Of a stretch of 64,000 nucleotides of DNA, positions 57,669-64,000 are shown piece after piece. Each line of letters begins with the position of its first letter. Within the stretch, counting starts at the first letter, position 1. Source of the stretch: Saprospiraceae bacterium (GTDB lineage: Bacteria; Bacteroidota; Bacteroidia; Chitinophagales; Saprospiraceae); assembly GCA_020437105.1 (NCBI GenBank), contig JAGQWR010000071.1, positions 463 through 64,462 on the forward strand, in the 5' to 3' direction. Under the pieces are notes generated by a model. The model was not told the origin of the DNA. It ran no database searches and worked only from the letters and a program-made list of their open reading frames with translations. The position numbers and the translations under genes are program-made.

Positions 57669-57678
57669 TCCCGGGAGA

Positions 57679-57954
57679 TTATCCCCGAATACCTAATTCC
57701 TTGATCAGTTTACGATAGCCCATTACATCTTTACGCTCCAGGTAACGAAGCAAGCGCTTACGCTTACCTACCAGCGTTAAAAGTGTACGGCGACAGGAAT
57801 GGTCTTTATTATTTGCTTTCAAATGTTCAGACAATCCTTTAATTCGATAAGTGAATAAGGCAACCTGGCCTTCCACTGATCCGGTGTTTTTTGAAGCTCC
57901 TCCGTACTGATTGAAGAGTTCTTCCACCTTTTCTTTTGGCAAATACTGTGACAT
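57679..57954 (-). CDS. rpsO: 30S ribosomal protein S15
   Basis: 91 aa. Contains GSVEGQVALFTYRIKGLSEHLKANNKDHSCRRTLLTLVGKRKRLLRYL. Confidence 0.95.
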   Translation of the reverse strand: MSQYLPKEKVEELFNQYGGASKNTGSVEGQVALFTYRIKGLSEHLKANNKDHSCRRTLLTLVGKRKRLLRYLERKDVMGYRKLIKELGIRG

Positions 57955-58004
57955 TATGTTTTAATTTAAACCGTTGGTGATTACGAAAATCAATTACAGC
58001 CGCG

Positions 58005-58012
58005 CAAAAGTA
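58005..58012 (-). promoter_or_regulatory. -7 promoter box TACTTTTG for rpsO
   Basis: The plus strand reads caaaagta, an exact TAnnTTTG on the minus strand, 51 nt upstream of the rpsO ATG. Confidence 0.5.
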
Positions 58013-58046
58013 CGCCTTTAAAACTGAAAAACAAAACCTATTTAAA

Positions 58047-59006
58047 TTACTCTGCTTTAAGTTTTCTGATGGCTTCCGTGAGTTTAGGAACCACCTCAAA
58101 CAAGTCCCCTACCACCCCGTAATCTGCCGCTTTGAAAAACGGTGCTTCCGGGTCTTTGTTGATCACTACGATGACTTTGGAGTTATTGACTCCCGCCAGA
58201 TGCTGGATGGCACCGGAAATTCCGGCGGCGATATACAGATTTGGACGAATGGCAATTCCTGTTTGGCCTACGTGCTCGTGGTGCGGACGCCAATCTGAAT
58301 CGGCCACAGGTCGGGAGCAGGCAGTTGTAGCGCCCAGCACCTCTGCCAGTTCTTCAATAATACCCCAGTTCTCGGGGCCTTTCATACCGCGGCCAGCAGA
58401 TACTACTAATTCTGCTTCCGGCAGAGGCACGGTGCCTTCAACCCGTTTTACTTCCAACACTTTTACGCGGGATGCAGGGAGATCCAGGTCAATCTGTTCA
58501 ACAGTAGCTACAGTGTCGGATCCATCGGGTTGAATCGTATTGCCTGCCAGAGAGATCACCTTATTTTCCGATTTTATTTCATACCAGGCAAAAGCCTTAC
58601 CGGAATACACACCTTTTCGTACGGTAAACGCGCCATCATTGGATGGTACAGCATTGGCTCCGGAAACTGATCCGGCCTCCATACGAACTGCCAAGCGACC
58701 CAACAGCGATTTACCTGTGGAATTGTGCATGAGTATAATCACATTTGCACCAGTTTGGGCAGCAGCCTGACTGATTGCAGCGGTGTACACTTCGCTATCA
58801 AATTGAGCCAGCTGGGGATTTGCATTATTTAGCACCCGGACTGCCCCATAGGTGCCCAGGATTTCTGCACCTTCTACCTTACCTAAGGTGAGTGCAATAC
58901 ATTCAGTACCCAAAACAGCCGCCGTTTTGGCACCGTATGTTACTGCCTCCAGGGCATTCTTTTTAAAAGTTCCATTTTGGCTTTCTGCAAAAACTAAAAC
59001 AGCCAT
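58047..59006 (-). CDS. etfA: Electron transfer flavoprotein subunit alpha
   Basis: 319 aa. Contains VSAGRGMKGPENW...RPVADSDWRPHHEHVGQTG..IRPNLYIAAGISGAIQHLAG. Confidence 0.92.
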   Translation of the reverse strand: MAVLVFAESQNGTFKKNALEAVTYGAKTAAVLGTECIALTLGKVEGAEILGTYGAVRVLNNANPQLAQFDSEVYTAAISQAAAQTGANVIILMHNSTGKSLLGRLAVRMEAGSVSGANAVPSNDGAFTVRKGVYSGKAFAWYEIKSENKVISLAGNTIQPDGSDTVATVEQIDLDLPASRVKVLEVKRVEGTVPLPEAELVVSAGRGMKGPENWGIIEELAEVLGATTACSRPVADSDWRPHHEHVGQTGIAIRPNLYIAAGISGAIQHLAGVNNSKVIVVINKDPEAPFFKAADYGVVGDLFEVVPKLTEAIRKLKAE

Positions 59007-59020
59007 AATTTATAGTTGAG

Positions 59021-59090
59021 ATGAGAATGTTGAATTCTAATTCTTTATTCTGAATGTTGAATTCTTAATTCTAATTTTTAATGTTTGATT
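59021..59090. repeat. ~27-30-nt AT-rich tandem repeat, about 2.5 units, filling the etfB-etfA spacer
   Basis: gagaatgttgaattctaattct.. / ctgaatgttgaattcttaattct.. / aatgtttgattctt. A related inverted copy lies at 32508-32529. Confidence 0.8.
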
Positions 59091-59091
59091 C

Positions 59092-59832
59092 TTAGATAAC
59101 TTTTGCCTCTTCGTGTAACAGCCTGACCAGTTCATCCATGTTTTCCGGATCTACGTATTTCACTGCTGTTTTTGCAGGAGGGAGATCGTATTTCACTGGT
59201 ACGGCAAGATCAGTTGTTTCTACCGGATCTACGACGGTAAGCGGTTTGCGCTTGGCCATCATGATGCCCCGCATGTTTGGAATACGCTGCTCGGCCAATC
59301 CTTTTGCTGCACTGAGCACCATAGGCGTTTGCACCTCGACAATTTCCTCTCCGCCTTCAATATCCCGGGCGATCGTCAGTACATTACCGTTTGCTTCCAT
59401 ATGGGTAGCATAGGATATAAATGGCAATTCCAGTAATTCGGCGACCATTGGTCCGATCTCCGAACCATTAAAATCGATCGATTCCTTGCCGGTAAAAATG
59501 GCATCAAATCCTTTATCTTTCGCGTAAGCGGCAATTTGTTGGGCTACAGCAAGGCTGCTTCCAGGTTCGATATCAATCCGAACTGCCTCATCCGCACCGA
59601 TAGCAAGAGCTTTGCGAATGATGGAATCATTGGAGGCCGGGCCAACATTGATGACCGTCACCGAACCACCTGCCTTTTCCTGCCACTCCAAGGCACGAAC
59701 AAGCGCATACCATTCGTCGTAAGGATTCATCATAAATTGAACACCATTGGCATCGAAGTTTGTATTATTATCCGTAAAGGAAATTCGAGCCGTGGTTTCC
59801 GGAGTTTTTGTTACACAGACCAGTATCTTCAT
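59092..59832 (-). CDS. etfB: Electron transfer flavoprotein subunit beta
   Basis: The start is taken at MKILVCVTKTPETTARI (59832). Contains NPYDEWYALVRALE and FDAIFTGKESIDFNGSEIGPMVAELL. Confidence 0.92.
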   Translation of the reverse strand: MKILVCVTKTPETTARISFTDNNTNFDANGVQFMMNPYDEWYALVRALEWQEKAGGSVTVINVGPASNDSIIRKALAIGADEAVRIDIEPGSSLAVAQQIAAYAKDKGFDAIFTGKESIDFNGSEIGPMVAELLELPFISYATHMEANGNVLTIARDIEGGEEIVEVQTPMVLSAAKGLAEQRIPNMRGIMMAKRKPLTVVDPVETTDLAVPVKYDLPPAKTAVKYVDPENMDELVRLLHEEAKVI

Positions 59833-59862
59833 TTGCTTAAACTTATCTTTTAAAAAGCGGTG

Positions 59863-59870
59863 CAAAGATA
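59863..59870 (-). promoter_or_regulatory. -7 promoter box TATCTTTG for etfBA
   Basis: The plus strand reads caaagata, exact on the minus strand, 31 nt upstream of the ATG at 59832. This supports the short start. Confidence 0.5.
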
Positions 59871-59882
59871 GGAAATTCGCCC

Positions 59883-59890
59883 TAGTTTTG
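59883..59890 (+). promoter_or_regulatory. -7 promoter box TAGTTTTG for the MarR gene (divergent from etfBA)
   Basis: Exact TAnnTTTG, 32 nt upstream of the ATG at 59922. Confidence 0.5.
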
Positions 59891-59921
59891 TATTATTCAA
59901 TCAGCATCAAGTCGGTATAAA

Positions 59922-60389
59922 ATGCACACTACTCAGATCCTGATCAATCTCAGAAAGATTATTCGTTCTGTAAATCTGGAAAGCAAACGTATTGAAAAGG
60001 AATTTGGTTTAAGTATGCCGCAGTTGCTTTGCCTAAATTACCTAAATACCAAACCTGATATTCAGGCATCACACAAGGAAATAAAAGATTTTCTCCAACT
60101 GAATGCCAGTACGGTTACCGGGATTATTACCAGATTGGAAAAAAAAGACCTCGTCAGCCGACTACCTCGTCAAAATGACCGGCGTATTGGTCCGATCACT
60201 CTAACTTCCAGAGGTGTTGCACTTACTGAATCATCTCCCGATCCACTGCACATGCGCTTGAGCAACCGCATGGAAAAACTCTCCGACCAGCAACTATCCG
60301 AACTGGAACAGGCTTTTTCCCTGATCATACAGTTTTTGAATATCGAAGATTTGGAAGCCCCGCCTATCCTGGCTATTGAAAATGAATGA
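59922..60389 (+). CDS. MarR family transcriptional regulator
   Basis: 155 aa. The winged HTH is LSMPQLLCLNYL...IKDFLQLNASTVTGIITRLEKKDLVSRLPRQNDRR. Confidence 0.85.
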   Translation: MHTTQILINLRKIIRSVNLESKRIEKEFGLSMPQLLCLNYLNTKPDIQASHKEIKDFLQLNASTVTGIITRLEKKDLVSRLPRQNDRRIGPITLTSRGVALTESSPDPLHMRLSNRMEKLSDQQLSELEQAFSLIIQFLNIEDLEAPPILAIENE

Positions 60390-60584
60390 CCCCGTACTGA
60401 CTTTCTAAATTTAATCCGGAAAAATAAGTTTCTAGTGAAACTATTTTACTTTTTCCCTTGTTGTATTAGTGTTCGGTAGTTCTAATACCCACACTTTTCA
60501 CCTGGTATTTTTCCCTGATCTACTGCTTTATTCTCATTCTGGCTCCAAGTCAGGCTATCTATTCATTTGTTTAAAATCTGGTCC

Positions 60585-60944
60585 ATGGAAAAACAAAATC
60601 TATTTGACAAGGCTATAAGTTGGGCGCGTGGAAAGGGCTTTTCAGGCATCCGGGCAAATATTGAAGGATTTGAAACTCCCAGTTCTTTCAGGCGCGTAGG
60701 CGATGAAGAGGACTCCATTATACCTGATATCACCGGTAAAAAACTAGGTACCCACAATTTTCTGGAGATTTCGATGAAATCCGAGGAAGTTGGGCTCCAG
60801 GTTTCTAAATGGAAATTACTGAGTTCGCTGGCAGCTGCCAAGGGTGGAAAATTATTTCTGCTGGCTCCAAGAGGTCATAAAGCCTTTACAGAAAAACTGG
60901 TAAAAGATCACCGACTTCCTGCACAGGTAATAAACCTGAGCTAA
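60585..60944 (+). CDS. Hypothetical protein (119 aa)
   Basis: The ORF runs from ATG 60585 (the track start is TTG 60567). Contains ..IIPDITGKK...FLEISMK.., only loosely reminiscent of a PD-(D/E)xK core. No confident family. Confidence 0.45.
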   Translation: MEKQNLFDKAISWARGKGFSGIRANIEGFETPSSFRRVGDEEDSIIPDITGKKLGTHNFLEISMKSEEVGLQVSKWKLLSSLAAAKGGKLFLLAPRGHKAFTEKLVKDHRLPAQVINLS

Positions 60945-60976
60945 TTAATCATAACATTTTTAATCAAAAAAAGCAT

Positions 60977-61171
60977 ATGCTAATAATTGAAATCAAAGAA
61001 GGCGAAAACATTGACAGAGCCTTAAAACGTTACAAGCGAAAACACCGAAATGTAAAAGTAAGACAAGAGTTGATGGAGCGAAAGTTTTTCACCAAGCCGT
61101 CTGTAAAACGCCGACATCAAATTTTAGAAGCTATTTACAAACAGGAAAAGAGCATGTCTGAAGAAGGATAA
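60977..61171 (+). CDS. rpsU: 30S ribosomal protein S21
   Basis: MLIIEIKEGENIDRALKRYKRKHRNVKVRQELMERKFFTKPSVKRR, 64 aa. Confidence 0.93.
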   Translation: MLIIEIKEGENIDRALKRYKRKHRNVKVRQELMERKFFTKPSVKRRHQILEAIYKQEKSMSEEG

Positions 61172-61227
61172 ACCCGCTACCTGAATTGATCATATTCTCC
61201 ACAAACAATACCCTAAAATGCGATATT

Positions 61228-61416
61228 ATGATGAGTGTAGAGCCAAAAGCTAAATCTGTCCGAATTCTTAAGCAAACACCAACCAGAGTTAAGGTGCAGT
61301 ATCTTGATGATGAGGTTACGGTAAGTTTGTCGCGACAGTTTTTCTACAGGCGTTGGCAAATGGGATTGTTTAAGGTCATCAATAAACAAGAGTTGGATTC
61401 CCTCCAACGATTCTAA
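61228..61416 (+). CDS. Small hypothetical protein (62 aa)
   Basis: ORF only. The start is taken at MMSVEPKAK and it is tightly packed between rpsU and the cold-shock gene. No motif. Confidence 0.3.
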   Translation: MMSVEPKAKSVRILKQTPTRVKVQYLDDEVTVSLSRQFFYRRWQMGLFKVINKQELDSLQRF

Positions 61417-61426
61417 ACAGTAAATC

Positions 61427-61690
61427 ATGAAATTGTTAGACAGAATTGTTGCGCTTTTTAGCAACACAAAACCCGAAAAAGAAAACACACATAAAGTAGG
61501 ATTCATTAAGTCTTTTAACCGCTCCAGAGGCTATGGATTCATTTATTCAAAAGACCTCTCCACCAGAATCTTTGTGCATATCACAGAAATCAAAGATCGC
61601 TTTAGAGTGGGAGATTCAGTAAAATTTGAATTGAAAAAAACCGCAGAAGGTCTGGCAGCCAAAAATGTAAAATTGGTTGTTGCCGAATAA
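61427..61690 (+). CDS. Cold-shock domain protein with a 20-aa N-terminal extension
   Basis: Contains KVGFIKSFNRSRGYGFIYSKD...IFVHITEI (RNP1/RNP2-like motifs). Confidence 0.75.
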   Translation: MKLLDRIVALFSNTKPEKENTHKVGFIKSFNRSRGYGFIYSKDLSTRIFVHITEIKDRFRVGDSVKFELKKTAEGLAAKNVKLVVAE

Positions 61691-61700
61691 AATGCCAACT

Positions 61701-61740
61701 AAAAGCCCGTCCGAATGAAAATCCGGACGGGCTTTTTTTA
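61701..61740. terminator. Bidirectional terminator between convergent genes
   Basis: agcccgtccg / cggacgggct stem flanked by aaaa and ttttttt. It overlaps the stop codon of the minus-strand gene. Confidence 0.75.
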
Positions 61741-64000
61741 TTTCAATAGTAATATATCTCCACTATACACCCAGGGCAAACCATCCGGCAAAACAACTTC
61801 CGCGAGATACACATATACCCCTGTCTCCATCTCCTGACCTCTAAATAGACCATCCCATCCATGCATCGCTTGCAAACTGGTGGCCGATTCCTCGTATATC
61901 AATTCGCCCCAGCGGTCAAATACCCTAAAATAATTGACCAAAAGATCACTCTTTCCATAAGGTTTAAAAAGATCATTGATCCCATTAAAATCCGGACTGA
62001 AAATGTTTGGGAAGTAAACATTGATGAGTGGATCTACTTCTACCACTGTATTCAGTGTACGGATACAGCCGTCTGTATAGGTAATCGTCAGGGTATAAGT
62101 CGTCGTAATCTCCGGACTGGCGAATGGCTCAATACAATCGGTACAGGAAAGTCCTGTTGCCGGCTCCCAGAGATAGGACATTGGTTCGTCCAGGGCACCA
62201 TACGGGCTTAAAACAACTCCTGTTCCCAGGAATATTTGATATACGGGCGGCAGACTAATAAAACCAATATCAGAGGGCTCCAGGCTAAGTTGTTCTTCAA
62301 ACAGGCATCCGTTGGCATCCTGAATAAAAATGGTATAGGTGTCGGCAGACAGGCCTGAAAATACGGGGCTAGTCTGAAATAACGCCCCATCAATGCTGAA
62401 ACTCAAACCGGGGTTTACATTTTCCAGCCAGATCATTCCACTTTCCGGATCCAGACAATTTGGGTCTTCCCACAATAACGAATATTCCGGTTCCTGACCT
62501 TCGGTGAGCAGAATGGCCGAAACCAAATTACAGCCGGCAGCATCTGTCAAAGTCAGGAAATAGGTGCCCGGATCTAAGCCTGAAAGCACAGAGGTGTTGG
62601 CAGTAGTGTGTTGCCAGGAATAAGAAAAAGGCGGCAATCCGGAAACAGGTATGACCTCTATTGTTCCATCTGATTGGCCAGGACAGGGATTACCAACAAT
62701 AACGTCCACGTCAGGCGCTTCCAGTATAGTGAGGGTAACCTGGTGTATCGAATCGCAGCCCTGGTTTGTCTGGAAGACCCCTTCATAAACGCCTGCTTCC
62801 GTTTCCGGATTTCCAAAAATCAATACTTCTTCTCCGGCACATATACTGACAGACTCCGCACTTGTTGGAGAGGGGTTTACTTCCAGGTTTATAGTATGTG
62901 TGGAATCACAGCCATTCGCGGAAGCAAAAACCATCTCATAAATTCCCGGAAGAGACACGGCCGTCCCAAATATATCAATCTCCTCTCCAGCACATATTGC
63001 CAGAGATTCATTTGTCTGACTATTCAATAAAACAGACACTTCAATCGTATGCAGGGAATCACAGCCGGATGCCGTAGAAAAAAGTGCCGTAAACTCTCCC
63101 GGTGTGGAAACCGGAACGCCAAACACATCCACTACCATACCCTCGCAAATTTCCACTGCCTCAAAGGTTGAAATGGTATCCAGCACTTCCAGGTGAATCC
63201 GTTGCGTGGAATCACAGCCATTCGCGGAAGCAAAAACCATTTCATAAATTCCCGGAAGGGAAACAGCCGTACCAAAAATATCGATGGATTCGCCGGAGCA
63301 AATAGCCAGAAATTCTTCCTGAAAGATGGTGTCCAATTCTATCAGCTCGATGGTATGTACAGAATCACAGCCATTAACTGCTTGAAAATGCTGGCTGTAA
63401 TTCCCACCATCATATTCATAGCTACCGAAAACCAGCACCGAATCACCCTGACAAAATTCAATTTGCTCAAATCCGGAAGCATTCGGAAGTACTTCCAGAA
63501 ATACATATTCGGAGGAATCACAGCCATTTGTTGCCTGGAATACCGCGGTGTACCAACCTGGATCAGAAACCAGATCGCCCCACAAGTCAATCATTTCCCC
63601 CTCACAAATACTGATGGTGTCAACCAGTCCGAAGGTATCTAATACACTCAGGGCAATCTGAACCAGTGAATCGCAACCTGCCTCATTTAAAAAGTACTGC
63701 TGGTATAATCCGGGTGTCGATTGCGGAATGCCGAAGATGGGAATGCTTTCTCCGGTACAAATAGAAAATTCGGTATAGTAATAAGAGGTATCCCGCACTT
63801 CCAATATGATACGGCTAGTAGAATCACAGCCGTTTTCTGCCTGGAAAATGTTCTGGTATGAACCGGCATCCGATTCATAACTTCCAAAGATCAGAACGGA
63901 ATCACCTGCACAGATACTGATATTTTCTTCGACATAAAAGGTATCCAATTGAATCAATTCAATGGTATGAATCGAATCACAGCCGTTAAAGGCTACATAG
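61738..64000 (-). CDS. Large repeat protein with SprB-like repeats and a T9SS type B (gliding-motility-associated) C-terminal domain; the N-terminus lies beyond the window
   Basis: The C-terminus is NVYFPNIFSPDFNGINDLFKPYG...FDRWGELIYE. SprB-like repeats are present (CPGQSDGTIEVIPVSGLPPFSYSWQ..TLTDAAGC). At least 8 tandem ~52-aa C.GES..IFG......G.Y...F....GCDS modules are present. The frame stays open to 64000 (..YVAFNGCDSIHTIE before the track 'start', which is an internal TTG). Confidence 0.8.
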   Translation of the reverse strand, partial: YVAFNGCDSIHTIELIQLDTFYVEENISICAGDSVLIFGSYESDAGSYQNIFQAENGCDSTSRIILEVRDTSYYYTEFSICTGESIPIFGIPQSTPGLYQQYFLNEAGCDSLVQIALSVLDTFGLVDTISICEGEMIDLWGDLVSDPGWYTAVFQATNGCDSSEYVFLEVLPNASGFEQIEFCQGDSVLVFGSYEYDGGNYSQHFQAVNGCDSVHTIELIELDTIFQEEFLAICSGESIDIFGTAVSLPGIYEMVFASANGCDSTQRIHLEVLDTISTFEAVEICEGMVVDVFGVPVSTPGEFTALFSTASGCDSLHTIEVSVLLNSQTNESLAICAGEEIDIFGTAVSLPGIYEMVFASANGCDSTHTINLEVNPSPTSAESVSICAGEEVLIFGNPETEAGVYEGVFQTNQGCDSIHQVTLTILEAPDVDVIVGNPCPGQSDGTIEVIPVSGLPPFSYSWQHTTANTSVLSGLDPGTYFLTLTDAAGCNLVSAILLTEGQEPEYSLLWEDPNCLDPESGMIWLENVNPGLSFSIDGALFQTSPVFSGLSADTYTIFIQDANGCLFEEQLSLEPSDIGFISLPPVYQIFLGTGVVLSPYGALDEPMSYLWEPATGLSCTDCIEPFASPEITTTYTLTITYTDGCIRTLNTVVEVDPLINVYFPNIFSPDFNGINDLFKPYGKSDLLVNYFRVFDRWGELIYEESATSLQAMHGWDGLFRGQEMETGVYVYLAEVVLPDGLPWVYSGDILLLK
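62730..64000 (-). repeat. Intragenic ~156-bp tandem repeat, at least 8 units, two of them nearly identical
   Basis: ggaatcacagccattcgcggaagcaaaaaccat[c/t]tcataaattcccggaag occurs near 62910 and again near 63207, which is about two repeat periods apart. Confidence 0.8.

Overview
This is a Bacteroidota-type chromosomal segment. The evidence is T9SS type A and type B C-terminal sorting domains, a ~288-aa primary sigma factor and repeated exact TAnnTTTG -7 promoter boxes. About 45 CDS are supported. The housekeeping genes are pyrG, clpC-like, infC-rpmI-rplT, rpoD, pnp, rpsO, etfBA, rpsU, fsa and an SRP RNA. Between them lie secreted, outer-membrane and envelope genes: a flotillin/NfeD pair, an S46 peptidase, a 1472-aa Cys-rich repeat protein, a VIT-vWA plus vWA pair, a lipoprotein plus TonB-dependent receptor, a BNR/Asp-box protein and a large repeat protein cut by the window end. 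There are also transporters and regulators (Crp, MarR, STAS). I saw no rRNA, tRNA, CRISPR array, transposase, integrase, phage gene, or recognisable defence or toxin-antitoxin module. I cannot point to a clear-cut novel multi-gene system. The structure that the genes do not explain is a family of short hairpin 'word' repeats, recombined mosaic-fashion in at least seven intergenic regions. It includes a ~76-nt element present twice with a compensatory stem change, a reused terminator hairpin that also forms ~19-nt inverted termini around a 316-bp MITE-like segment, and 14-, 16- and ~27-nt tandem arrays. The other leads are a signal-less trypsin-fold protease cut by the left edge, a non-SusD lipoprotein/TonB-receptor pair, a terminator-containing leader or sRNA upstream of an SSS symporter, a Met/His-rich lipoprotein upstream of SCO, and an ITIH-like VIT-vWA/vWA pair. 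All protein calls come from motif recognition by eye on the supplied translations. No database search was run.
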